Below, one piece after another: positions 29,301 through 38,878 of a stretch of DNA of 64,000 bases (its first letter is position 1; every line of letters begins with the position of its first letter). The notes below the pieces were generated by a model, which saw only the letters and a list, made by a program, of their open reading frames with translations, ran no database searches and was not told the DNA's origin. This DNA comes from Giardia intestinalis (taxonomy: Eukaryota). Both the position numbers and the translations under genes were made by a program. The stretch lies in assembly GCA_000002435.2 (NCBI GenBank), contig CM018789.1. One strand, given 5' to 3'.

Positions 29301-32300
29301 CGATGGTGTTGTTTGGGCACGCCCTAGAAAAGTCCGTCCTTACATTGCTGGGGAGGCTCTCATACACAGATCGCATAGGGATGCTGCTACTGCCTGATCA
29401 TGGCGATTGCGCTGATCCTATGATTTCCACCTTCTGTGAACAGTCGTCTCTGAGTCCCAACTTCCTTCAAACGTCTCTTTCCAGCTCACGCATGACAAAT
29501 CCAGTTAAGAGTTCACTGATTAACCTTGCAGAATCCTGCTATGTTTGTATGGTTTCCATTGCAGACTCCATTACAGACAAGGAGGTCTCTGCGTGTGAGA
29601 TCCCTCTTCAGCAGGCACGACTCTACGCTGTCTTAGCTGTACTCGGAACCATTCCAGAGCTTGTCTCCCTGTCACATGACATATCGTCACTGGCTTTTAT
29701 TCTGCTAGGAGGCTGCGACTGTGCATCTGTTCCTGAGGAGCTAGCCACTATCTACAAGGATCTGGCAGTAAGCAGCTTTGAATATTTGCTTCCCATACCA
29801 CTTTCAGTGGCTACTGAGCTAAGGCGTCTGGCATCTGACTACGTTTCTCGTGCTCCTCTGGCAGTGGCGTATGTTAACGATTATATTTCAACATTCCCCA
29901 TAGAATTTCTCGAATCCTTGACGCGCAGAAGACATCTAATAGATGACCCTGGTGCTCTTCTGAGCATTCTTATTGCACAGATTGCAGGCGGAGACATTCA
30001 GATTAATCCTGAAAGCCGACGTGAGGTTCTTATCCTGCGGCTGGTGCTGCGGATGATGTCCTTTAGCTCCTCTGATAGATCGATAGATAGCTATCAGGAG
30101 AAAAATGTCTATGGGGAGTTTGCCGACAAAGACCAGAAGACGCCAGAAGACGACGATAACTCTAAGACCCTGTCTCTTTTGAGATCTTTGGAGGCCTTTG
30201 ACCAGATGTCTTGCATTGTGCCGTCGCAAACAGACGCAGAAAGCCTCTCGGGCCTTTGCTTTTATCATCCCGAGCTTCTGGCATGCGCACAAACAGTCGC
30301 TCCCGATCGCTTTCAGACGTTATTCATTGCCCGTATGGTCAATAGATTGACGGCAGAGCCGTATCCCTCACCACTGCCCCCAGAGAAGATAAGTCAGGTC
30401 ATTATTAATCTCTTCCAACTCGCAACTAAAATTTACCCGGATACCTCTTTGTTCTGGAGCACGGCAGTCACGCTAATCAGGACCAGTGTAGACCTGACCT
30501 CACGTGAGCTAATCTCAGCTCTTGATCAGCAAAGAATCTTCCTGGCTATTCTTTCTCTGACGGAACAGGTGCACCACAGCATTTACCTCCTGATCTTCAT
30601 CCTTTCTAACATATACTCCAAAGCCAATGACACAGAAACTAAGAAGGCCCCAAAGGTCTTGCAGGATCAGTTGATAGGACACTTTGTTACACGAGTGGAT
30701 ATGGAACGTCAACTGCAGGCGCTTTATCTTCTCTGCCACGGGGTTGTCTGGAACTTTCTAAAGACAGGAGTACATGAGCAGAATCTTGAAGATGCCATCA
30801 ATGTACTGTCTAAGACGGCACACTGCATAGATCCTGACAGGAAGATGCTTGAATCATCAGCGACCATGCGGTCTCTGGGGTTCTCTCTACTATTCGATGA
30901 TCTTAGCTCCAGTTTGAATTTTCTCAATAGAAACGTTTCTGAAGAAGAGGATGTTAATTCCGTATTCGAAGATAATCCCGTAGGAGGAGAGAGGGGCAAC
31001 AGTGAGCAGGATGACGAGGCAGTTGCATGTGAGGATAACTTCCTTTCGACTCTCTTAATCCATGTTATGCGTGAAATTTGGAAGATACGGTCAATTGATG
31101 GTACGGAGAAGTCGTTGAAGAAAAAGGCACAATCCGACCCTGCACTTATGGGAGCGTTGAAGGCCGTGCAAATGAGCATCGACACTATGATAGTCTACTT
31201 GGACACATACGCATTCTATGTTACTACCCAGACAGAGCAATCTGTTGTCCGCTATGCCATGTCATCCATTATTGGAGCCTCCATTCTGCGGGTTAACGAT
31301 AAGGAGCGGGGAAGCAAGCTACTGGAAAAGCTCGTCGCTAATCTTAGCGTCACATCATTGTCCATGGCGTGCGTGAAGCTGTATCAAAATATCTTAGACG
31401 GTATAAATCTACAACAGCCATGCGTGACTCTCTTCCTGCTTCTTCGGCAAAAGATATCAGGCACACTTGAAGGCCGTAGAGTGGACGTAGAAGACGTGAA
31501 GCAGGCTTTTCTCGTACTATATAATGTTTTTGTCGATGTTATTGCCGAAGACGTTGACAGAGATTTGAAGAAGTTGATTTTAGATGTTTTGGTAGAATTC
31601 TGTACTGGATTTCCTACTGTCTTAGACCCTGCAGCCGCGGTGGCAATAACGAAGGCTATTTCCTCCGCAGAGTTCTATGTGTCACTTTCATCATTGACTG
31701 ACGGGGCGTCTAACATCCTACATGGTAGCTTGTACGCTCTTGGACACTTAGTTGAGGCGTGCGACTGCTCCATCATTCCCGTGCTCAAGGAACTTGTTCC
31801 GCCTTTACTCGGCTATCTTAACGCCCAGGTGGTCAGGGAGGGGATATCAGCCCGCATGGAATCCTTCGATGTCTCTTTCTATTCAGAAACAACTCTTGCT
31901 GTTGTCACTGTACTCTCTAGCTTGATGATCTCCCAGGGGCGCTTCATGACTCCTTATCTCTCTGAGGTTATCACCCTGCTCTGTATCTTATGTCCACTTG
32001 GTCCCTGTGTTGGCGAGGTTTTCGCCATAGATAATGACAGTGCATCTCCTCAGGATATCGACGTCAAGCTTGATGTTGTCAGGAGAGTCTTTAAAGCTCT
32101 TCTTCCGGAGTTACCAATGGAGACCCGGCACGGAATAACGGATTATGCTCTAAAGATTCTGACCACGGCAGTAGCCGGCCTTAGTGCTATATCGAGGGTG
32201 GTCGCCCTGCGTCTTCTCCTTCCAGCCATGCACGTTGTTCTAGACAAATATGTGGTGCTGGTACGGAAGTACGCATTGCAGTATGTTGAGCCACTTGTCC

Positions 32301-33466
32301 ACGCTATTACTCTTGTCTTGTACCCCACACTTTCAGAAGCAGTTCTAACTAATGAGCTTCGCGTGGATGTTGTCAAGTTTGTCCTCTCCGTGGTCGCCAT
32401 GCGTGCAGATAACTCTTGCTATCCCCTGTTATTTTCACAGTATGATCGACTTGAGACATGCGCCATCTATCTCTTGGCCGAGCTGGATCTGAAGATGCAA
32501 GAGAAGTCTCTCGGAGGCGTCATCGAGCAATGCTGGTCTTGGTGCATGGAGTGCACCAGTAACTCCTTAACTGAGGACAACACCGGTGATGCACGCGCTA
32601 CCAAATTCAATCTTTCGCTATTTGGTTCATTGTTTGAAAAGACATACACAGAAGCTGTCACAAGTATCCAGCTCACTTCTCCCCCTTCTGTCCCGCGGAT
32701 GACAGCCTGCGCACATATCTTGGCTGTGCTTGGCGGTCAGGATCCTCAGCGCCTTGTTACAGGCGTCGGGAAGCTCTTGTATGAGGTCATCGGCACGTAT
32801 CTTTTTGCCATCACGAGCCCACTGGGCTGCGTGCCGTATAGCTTAGATACTAAGACAATCGCGCAGTTGCTCGATACTAGGCAACGAGCGGTGGAGCTTT
32901 CTAGTGCGCCCATGGGGATGTTCATAACATGTGGTCTCGAGTCCTCGGCGTCTATCAGTGGAATCGCAGAGGATAGCTTTTACGAAGTGTACTCTATGGG
33001 CCGCTACTTTAATCTCTTTCTCTTTGCATGCGGGCATGTTGTAGGAGCCCTGAGGGATGACGTGTACATTGCAGCGATAAGCTTTATGGTGGCAATTGTC
33101 TGCTCTGCCGTAGCACCTTGCAATGAGCTTAAGGACGTCGTTTACCCCTCCCTCAAAGTAGCACTACAGGCAGTGGAGGGGAACAACAATACCCCCATGC
33201 TTTGGGAATATCTCCATGACATGTCTATAACCCTGACGAAGAACTCTAACGATGCTTTTCGCCTCCGAGGGATTGAACTTTTGGAGGTATTTCTTTGTGT
33301 AGTACTTCCCCACGACACACATTGGTTGACGAGAGCTGCTGGTGTGATTGACGAGGCCATTGAAGACTTGCATGAAGGGGTCAGCGCAGCCGCCCAACAT
33401 CTAATTCGGTCTGTTGAGAGCGTAACGGGCAAATTGTATAGAGACCTGGTCAGTGCTGGGGTGTAA
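26321..33466 (+). CDS. UTP10: HEAT-repeat giant protein. The N-terminus matches the U3 snoRNP/SSU-processome component UTP10/HEATR1.
   Basis: MSSLQQQLSRL....IALAALTELQGIDPSFAAF....LPYHETVIF parallels the HEATR1 N-terminus (MTSLAQQLQRL...LEELLGIDPSFEQF...LPYHETRIF). The size of 2381 aa also fits. The ATG at 26321 follows aattaattaa. Confidence 0.6.
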   Translation: MSSLQQQLSRLSSETIVFSSTGARKNVPSLLYGDNAKSISVETIHEIALAALTELQGIDPSFAAFRANIFHPSAPQYDREAHTEEHNLTFIDKPMSLFLDQVIPYLHLPAAHRAIEFLIRRFRADIKCVEQLVMAFLPYHETVIFSYLVTCLFSMNDPEKLPSSHILLLLGRDGWPGPRSILLKQLRRNSYSLYAKLISKVVDLERVSPESCLFYMRFCFAVTYDLLGFPSLGQDQVLLRETLRLVSWALGPKAHSECRDAACLLLLRAPPVLLHGLAESKQGRNVMKLFLLHPVSGDRRRALKVLLGLTHNALENNVPTVLTLTDMLYSLCQGDWVLELTGSAFSDLVNTAAKRKTDDKCRTLLVSFTYIFSDSLFRFTVVPWKSTSVPDKDRPSLLAAFRNGLRSITAALRAIVEGDKQKEKTLRVGLSKLIRHVAFLIAKYTLVDPDPSSNLELQELARLAADIDVRSFASGAMQSVEETSAEPRDSGADVPNRVLALLFGENREEYWMLAPVAAPSGVPCILALDSSSTELRTMGYSQVQVLIEKFVNQKPVNINGLLKTLPLLCTRLLSEGDTKLLETLCGCISHLISSLPRRLSTSLPSDELMTLLSETVFFYKRLISNGMLTDTYLSTLAQLRECLFCLTKEEIGQEYAYLGAHLELLQSPDASHRVLSVEELIFPFGSIAGMLEAVMLSIKNGYASKHSDIIITHVLQIDAAVSEGSKEGAVFEAFISQVLASPGYSHLFVDVLCQHIAGCSAFLLNTAIKHSTSPDVLTRIGTAYVADKDLSAWSTPLFSGSFDKLLASCILHNIFTDQTWVSRAVEHFQSASSKKASKRSSAKASRGSSKRESTVIQSPNVEGNSTCDPDFLIACAFYVLDNKDEQGTELLRTASQGLHLLGSKISKDIYGPICEALQSALGTGEPFDLSGSITELLTLIAGSTRMCHVFIAQFISKALICCIDQCEEGSNPVEMLTDIAMFINNASSESSPTTMVLFGHALEKSVLTLLGRLSYTDRIGMLLLPDHGDCADPMISTFCEQSSLSPNFLQTSLSSSRMTNPVKSSLINLAESCYVCMVSIADSITDKEVSACEIPLQQARLYAVLAVLGTIPELVSLSHDISSLAFILLGGCDCASVPEELATIYKDLAVSSFEYLLPIPLSVATELRRLASDYVSRAPLAVAYVNDYISTFPIEFLESLTRRRHLIDDPGALLSILIAQIAGGDIQINPESRREVLILRLVLRMMSFSSSDRSIDSYQEKNVYGEFADKDQKTPEDDDNSKTLSLLRSLEAFDQMSCIVPSQTDAESLSGLCFYHPELLACAQTVAPDRFQTLFIARMVNRLTAEPYPSPLPPEKISQVIINLFQLATKIYPDTSLFWSTAVTLIRTSVDLTSRELISALDQQRIFLAILSLTEQVHHSIYLLIFILSNIYSKANDTETKKAPKVLQDQLIGHFVTRVDMERQLQALYLLCHGVVWNFLKTGVHEQNLEDAINVLSKTAHCIDPDRKMLESSATMRSLGFSLLFDDLSSSLNFLNRNVSEEEDVNSVFEDNPVGGERGNSEQDDEAVACEDNFLSTLLIHVMREIWKIRSIDGTEKSLKKKAQSDPALMGALKAVQMSIDTMIVYLDTYAFYVTTQTEQSVVRYAMSSIIGASILRVNDKERGSKLLEKLVANLSVTSLSMACVKLYQNILDGINLQQPCVTLFLLLRQKISGTLEGRRVDVEDVKQAFLVLYNVFVDVIAEDVDRDLKKLILDVLVEFCTGFPTVLDPAAAVAITKAISSAEFYVSLSSLTDGASNILHGSLYALGHLVEACDCSIIPVLKELVPPLLGYLNAQVVREGISARMESFDVSFYSETTLAVVTVLSSLMISQGRFMTPYLSEVITLLCILCPLGPCVGEVFAIDNDSASPQDIDVKLDVVRRVFKALLPELPMETRHGITDYALKILTTAVAGLSAISRVVALRLLLPAMHVVLDKYVVLVRKYALQYVEPLVHAITLVLYPTLSEAVLTNELRVDVVKFVLSVVAMRADNSCYPLLFSQYDRLETCAIYLLAELDLKMQEKSLGGVIEQCWSWCMECTSNSLTEDNTGDARATKFNLSLFGSLFEKTYTEAVTSIQLTSPPSVPRMTACAHILAVLGGQDPQRLVTGVGKLLYEVIGTYLFAITSPLGCVPYSLDTKTIAQLLDTRQRAVELSSAPMGMFITCGLESSASISGIAEDSFYEVYSMGRYFNLFLFACGHVVGALRDDVYIAAISFMVAIVCSAVAPCNELKDVVYPSLKVALQAVEGNNNTPMLWEYLHDMSITLTKNSNDAFRLRGIELLEVFLCVVLPHDTHWLTRAAGVIDEAIEDLHEGVSAAAQHLIRSVESVTGKLYRDLVSAGV

Positions 33467-33480
33467 ATTGACATAAAAAC

Positions 33481-34962
33481 GTGACTACCTCGACATCTCT
33501 GCAGCCCGAAGGGGCTTCGGCCGTGAGTGTTCCTGTGCTCAAAGAGATAGCTTCAAAGCTGGAGACGCTAAGGAGGACGTTGGAGAGGGTCACTGGTCCC
33601 TCAGACGTCAAGAAGAGGATGAAGGACATTATCACGGAGACGCTGAATCTCGTCGACATATCCATTCGTGATAGTGATAATCATCCTGAAGGAGGAGTAG
33701 AAACAGCAGGCGCCTACCGCGTAGAAAGCGCTATCCAGGATGTTTTAGATAAAACCCTTGATCGGCTGATGCACGTTGAAAAACGAGCTAGTATAGCAGA
33801 AGCAGAGAATAACCTTATGAGGCAGGAGCATGAACGCCTTGCTGCGCACCAAAGGCAACAAGATAATCTTTTAGAAAACATTCAAAGGCTCTACCGGGAG
33901 GCACGCGACTGCTCAGACAGAAACGCTGCTTCAGCCAAGGAGTGGCGTGCCCGAGCCCATGAACTCGAGGCAGAGCTTGCTACGAAGAAAAGCATTTCTG
34001 GTGATCAGGAAAAAATCATGCAGAGACTCCGGGCTTTATACATTAGATATACAGAGCTAGCGGCTCGCATGAAAGAGCGGGACACTGAGCTCCGAACACA
34101 AGATGAACTCCACAAGGCTGAACTAATGACTCAGAAGAGCCTGGCAGCCGAACGGATCAAAACCCTGGAGCAGGAAATCTCAGCACTTAAGCGGCAAATA
34201 GAACTGCTAAAGAAGCTGGAGAGATCACCGGGAGGCTCGGTGTTGGACCGCCACGGTAATCATCTTCAGAGGCCTCAGACTCCACCGCTCTCGTTGGCTC
34301 GGGACCGTTCTCTTCGCGAGGACTCAGATCAGGGCGTCGGCACTATTTTTGTACGCAAACCTCTCCTGCAAGCAGAACAGCCGCAGCAATCAGATAGGAC
34401 CATAGGAAGCGGAAGCGTGGGGAGCAGCAGCGTTGTGGATGATATTGACTTACAAACTATACAGAAGATTCAAGAGACCATGGACAAACACTATCCTCAC
34501 AGCTATTCTCGCAAAAATACAGTCCATTCAGGGATACCATCATCATCTCAGCGGCTTAGACCGCATTCATCAGACCTATCTACACGACCCAAGATAAAGC
34601 CCAGTGGTTATCAAGCACAAGAGGATGGAGTGGCATACAGACCTAAGAAACACGCACGGAGCCTTCAAGAACAGTATGAGCGGCCAAAACACATTCAATC
34701 TTTATTAAAAAGCACATCTGTGTATGACCTGGTTGAGCCGAGCACCAATACCACTCGGGTATTTCCGTCGGAATCAAGCGTCCAGGAACAGGATTTAGGA
34801 TACACGAGAACATACGATAAATCCCCTGATATTCAGGAGAGTAGACTAGAGGATGAGACAGACCTGCAAAAAAGTAAGGCGCATTCTATTCTGACTGGCT
34901 TATTTCAGTATTTGAAGCAAACAGAAGAGCAAATGATGGCAACTGATACCAAGCAGGCATAA
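33481..34962 (+). CDS. Coiled-coil protein. The start codon is uncertain.
   Basis: Heptad-rich helical ORF (EQEISALKRQIELLKKLER...). The track start at 33481 is GTG directly after an AT-rich stretch. The first in-frame ATG is at 33619. Confidence 0.5.
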   Translation: MTTSTSLQPEGASAVSVPVLKEIASKLETLRRTLERVTGPSDVKKRMKDIITETLNLVDISIRDSDNHPEGGVETAGAYRVESAIQDVLDKTLDRLMHVEKRASIAEAENNLMRQEHERLAAHQRQQDNLLENIQRLYREARDCSDRNAASAKEWRARAHELEAELATKKSISGDQEKIMQRLRALYIRYTELAARMKERDTELRTQDELHKAELMTQKSLAAERIKTLEQEISALKRQIELLKKLERSPGGSVLDRHGNHLQRPQTPPLSLARDRSLREDSDQGVGTIFVRKPLLQAEQPQQSDRTIGSGSVGSSSVVDDIDLQTIQKIQETMDKHYPHSYSRKNTVHSGIPSSSQRLRPHSSDLSTRPKIKPSGYQAQEDGVAYRPKKHARSLQEQYERPKHIQSLLKSTSVYDLVEPSTNTTRVFPSESSVQEQDLGYTRTYDKSPDIQESRLEDETDLQKSKAHSILTGLFQYLKQTEEQMMATDTKQA

Positions 34963-35740
34963 GGGCCTATCTTTCACACATTTGCCATCTTGAATACTAG
35001 CTTCGTGCATTGATGCAGAGTGGAACTGGGTTTGAGGCTAGTTAATGCTATCTTTAACAGCTGTACATGAATCATCGGTAATGAGACATGGCCCAGAGTC
35101 CGTGCTCATCTTCATGTTATCCTGATTAGGTCCTTCAGATGGTTTGAAATCTAACCTTGCGATTGGCGATGTTTTATGCATAGGTCGTGCGAGGGCATGC
35201 TACACTTAGTCGGGTGTTAGCCAACACTCCTATGGTACTATTTAGAAAACTAATTCATTACAGGATAAGCCTTCCATATGATGCCGCGGTAGTCATGATG
35301 GTAGGCGTAACTGAGGCGTACTGCATCGTTTTAAAAAGTACCAGTTGTGGGGCTGCTGAGTTGATGTATTTATTGTCTAGGTCATGCCCTCTATTGCCCC
35401 ACCGTGCCTTGTGGCTGGCTCGTGTGGCCCTCGGCATGTCCCTGCTGTGGAACGCACTTTTGGAGCCGACCACGCGCAGAGGACAGACCCCCCTACTCAG
35501 GCCCACGGTCTCCTGTCTTTGGCACTGAGCCCCAGCGCCACAGGGTTGCGGCGGGCTTCAGAAGCAAGGGTGACACCCGTAGCCGACGCAGAGCCTATGC
35601 GGTACATACCGTGAGCAGAGGAGAAAATGCAAAATGAGACTATGTTTGCTTGAACATATGAATATATAAATGAATCATATGCTCAATTATCAACTTAAAC
35701 CTATTCAATCTATAAGATATCTATCAATCTAACAAATGCA

Positions 35741-36494
35741 ATGACTAGAAGAGTAGTAACTAACGGCTTTAGCGATAGTTTCACCGGAATCCTGAAAGAC
35801 ATGGTGCTGGTGCTTCATTATAGCTCTTACTGGGTCACCTATGCACTCAAGAGTTTTCCTGATGAAGAACTCAGGGAAGTCGCATTGCAATGCACATCCA
35901 GACAAGAACTGATGATCGTAGAAGAAAGAATCCGCAGCTTGATGGCCCTTCATCATCCAAACATTGTGAAGTGCATGCGAGCCTTTGTATGCAATTCCTT
36001 ACTGTACTGCAGGACAAAACGCTATAATAGACCTTTCGAGCACAAAAGGAAGCAGAATCTTCGCGAAAGCTGTCGTATGTCTGAAGGACGAATGCTCTAT
36101 GTTGTCTGTCAAATAGCATAAGGACTGGCACACCTACACGACCCGAAGAAGAGAAGTAGAGCAGGGCACCCTCTTCCTGTGATTCCACATGGTGACGTTT
36201 GTCCGGCAAACACCCTCGTCAGTGAGTGCTTGGCCAGCTCCTAATGCTTACCCAGCAGAGCGAGCCACGGCAAAGGAGCTCGGCGCCATAATTACTGGGC
36301 TTAGGCAACCTGTCAGGAATCAGACCAACGAACACTCATGCTCCTTAGTGGACATGCGACAAGATAAGAACGACTTCACGAATCAGAAACCTGAGGCCGT
36401 CACGTTGTGTGTGCTACTCAGTGGCGGATCTAAAGTTCTTGTAAGCGCAGTTTGTGAGAGCAGCATGGATACTGCCGGTCTAGATACCAGCTGA
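35741..36494 (+). pseudogene. Remnant protein-kinase (NEK-like) domain with an in-frame stop and frameshifts, directly upstream of the 21.1 ankyrin ORF.
   Basis: Frame 2 reads ...ALHHPNIVKCMRAF...RMLYVVCQIA[TAA]GLAHLHDPKK...VIPHGDVCPANTLVSE, which is kinase subdomain IV-VIB with TAA at 36119 where a residue is expected. Frame 2 stops at 36242. The activation-segment-like NAYPAERATAKELG continues in another frame and stops at 36492. Confidence 0.5.
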
Positions 36495-36571
36495 TCTTAC
36501 AGAAATGGCAGAGCGGCCTCAGCACGTGTCATGAAGTGGGGAGGGATATCGGGTTCAAAAAATGTAATGCA

Positions 36572-38620
36572 ATGGAGTTGGCCTACTTCACCCGCCTCTG
36601 CTACAACGATAGGGAGTTTGCTATTACGCACGCGGACGCTTTCCAGTTCGCAATAGAGCGACGGCCCTCGACGCGTGAGATCCTCGCCTTCGACACACAG
36701 ATCCAGACGCTTCCCCAGACCTTGACTCGGTACTCAGAAAGCGGGCTAGAACTTTTCGGAGAAGAGACTGTGCGCCACAATTTCGCGGGCCCCATCATCA
36801 ATGGCGCGACGCCCCTCATCTACGCCTGCTACCACGGCCATCACGTCATCGCCCAGCATCTCTCAGACCACACAGCTCAGCCATGTAGCAGGGACGCACT
36901 GGGACGCACGGCGCTCATGTGGGCTTGCTGCAATATTACCACTCCAGAGGCGTTAGACTGTGCACTTCTGCTCGTAGATAAGGAGGCGGGCATGGCAGAT
37001 TCCTGTGGCAACACTGCCTTGATGTATCTATTAGAAAACATGTACTTGCGGAAGTATGATAAGTACCTAGAATTATTCCGCAGACTCGTTCGCGTTGAGG
37101 CTAGACGCTTCAACCAGGCCAACAACACAGCGCTCATGCTGCTGGTTAACTCCGACACGTCATTTGATAACATCTTATCTGCCGATCAAATACGTTTGCG
37201 CAAGCATGTCCTTAAGGAGCTCTGTGAGGTTGAAGGACCGCTGGTAGCAATAACAAATACGACCGCAATGGCAATCTTTCTACACAACACAGAGCGGATT
37301 TCTCCTCTAAAGCACAATGACTACTTGGAAATTATTGACTGTCTGCTTCCATATGAGGGGCTTCTCATGGATGTCAAGGCCATTGATAAGAACATGTTCA
37401 AACACCTCTGTAAAACAGATGATGGTAGGAAACGTATACAAGAGTTGACAACATATAGACCGTTTAAGTTTAGAGCAGATTTTGTCTGCGGAGAATACGG
37501 AGTGCATCAACTTCAGGATCGGCTACACGCCATAGCTCTGAGTTACATCAATACAACAAAGCAGCGCCTTTCGGAACTGTATGGCGAACACCTTGGCATG
37601 GACTCTCTTCTAGCTCTTACCATACCGGATAGCTCCGATGACCCAATTTTGAGGATAACTCCGGAGCATATAACATCGACTCTACTCTGTAGTCTGGATG
37701 AGACTAGCCTTGACCTTCTGCAGAATAATACAACGATTGGGTTGCCTTGTTTCAAAGACTCTCTTCATCTGAGTGAAATGAGCACTATAGTCATGGATGA
37801 TCAAGAGGAGCCTCTGGCCCCTAGTGAGCATATTTCTAGTATTATTCAAAGCCCAAACAAGTCCATCAGTATCTTGTTAGGGCACACCGAAGACCAGTTG
37901 CCATCTAAGACTGAGGCTAAGCTGGCAGTGCCTGGTATGAGAGACAGCGACAGCATTGTTGCATCTCTGCCCGGTGTAGGCTCTAAACTAGCGGTTACAT
38001 CTACTCTTCTGCAACCTGAAGGTAGCCATTTGCTTGAAACCACAGCGAGCGTGGCACCCACTGCCTCTACGTATAATCAAGATCTAGGCCAAGCAGAAGG
38101 GCTCCTCTTCACAACATACATCGCTAAGAACATGTACCACGTTGTCTTCTACTATCTTACCAGCAAGAGATTCTTGCAACGTAGGGCCTTGTTATACAAC
38201 ACGCATATGCTCCCAGGCTCTACTTCCCACCTCATTCAGCTGACGAGAAATAAGCTGCTGATGGCATTGGAGCTGGGCCATGTTGAGGTACTTGTTGTGC
38301 TCCTTATGATGTACTACCATGACCACGTTACCATCCCTTTTGCTCCTCTTCTCAAACGTGGGAGCGCTCTTCTTGATCAGATGGCCGATACTGTGCCCAA
38401 GAACGTTAGTCGCGGTGGTGGCACAGACCCCGTTGTGAGCGCACGTACTGGCCTAGCCGAGTGTGTGGATGTCCTGAGAGCCTTGGATCTCCGCATAGAC
38501 GAAATATTCAACAAGATACGGCTTCATCTTGGAGGCCGCTTCGTCACTGCGCTGGAGATCATGCGGCCGTCCCTGAAGCTCCACCAGCAGAGGGGCGCGG
38601 CCTCGGACACGATTGAGTAA
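36572..38620 (+). CDS. Ankyrin-repeat protein (Giardia protein 21.1-type).
   Basis: Multiple ankyrin repeats (ATPLIYACYHGHHVIAQHL, GRTALMWACC, GNTALMYLLEN, NNTALMLLVNS). The track start at 36536 is GTG. The first ATG is at 36572 (MELAYF...). Confidence 0.7.
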   Translation: MELAYFTRLCYNDREFAITHADAFQFAIERRPSTREILAFDTQIQTLPQTLTRYSESGLELFGEETVRHNFAGPIINGATPLIYACYHGHHVIAQHLSDHTAQPCSRDALGRTALMWACCNITTPEALDCALLLVDKEAGMADSCGNTALMYLLENMYLRKYDKYLELFRRLVRVEARRFNQANNTALMLLVNSDTSFDNILSADQIRLRKHVLKELCEVEGPLVAITNTTAMAIFLHNTERISPLKHNDYLEIIDCLLPYEGLLMDVKAIDKNMFKHLCKTDDGRKRIQELTTYRPFKFRADFVCGEYGVHQLQDRLHAIALSYINTTKQRLSELYGEHLGMDSLLALTIPDSSDDPILRITPEHITSTLLCSLDETSLDLLQNNTTIGLPCFKDSLHLSEMSTIVMDDQEEPLAPSEHISSIIQSPNKSISILLGHTEDQLPSKTEAKLAVPGMRDSDSIVASLPGVGSKLAVTSTLLQPEGSHLLETTASVAPTASTYNQDLGQAEGLLFTTYIAKNMYHVVFYYLTSKRFLQRRALLYNTHMLPGSTSHLIQLTRNKLLMALELGHVEVLVVLLMMYYHDHVTIPFAPLLKRGSALLDQMADTVPKNVSRGGGTDPVVSARTGLAECVDVLRALDLRIDEIFNKIRLHLGGRFVTALEIMRPSLKLHQQRGAASDTIE

Positions 38621-38878
38621 AGGATATCAGAGCGACAACTAACATCAAGGGTCAGTACAGGTCTGTGGTTCTGTCTTCATTTATTTTTTCGTCTGCTTTT
38701 GTTCTCATTTGCTTCGGAGCTTTTTAAAACCGTTTTTGAAACGATCTCGGTTCCCAGACTTGAACTTGCTGCCTAGTAACTTGCAGTAAAAGCACCGGTC
38801 CGGCCTCTGCGTTACCGTATCTCATAAATCTCTGTAATCTGTTTTGGATTTTTTAGAAAGCGAGGTTGAGTTGGCTGG

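Noticed and set aside
35187-35637. Four overlapping 76-113-aa ORFs on both strands in a GC-rich patch.
   Set aside because: They are mutually exclusive and show no motifs. GC-rich sequence yields random open frames. I kept only a low-interest 'possible ncRNA/unknown' note.
38740-38815. A possible tRNA-like T-loop (gttcaagtc / ggttcccagacttgaac) in an intergenic spacer.
   Set aside because: I could not build a cloverleaf. The flanks lack complementary 5-bp T-stems and a 7-bp acceptor stem.
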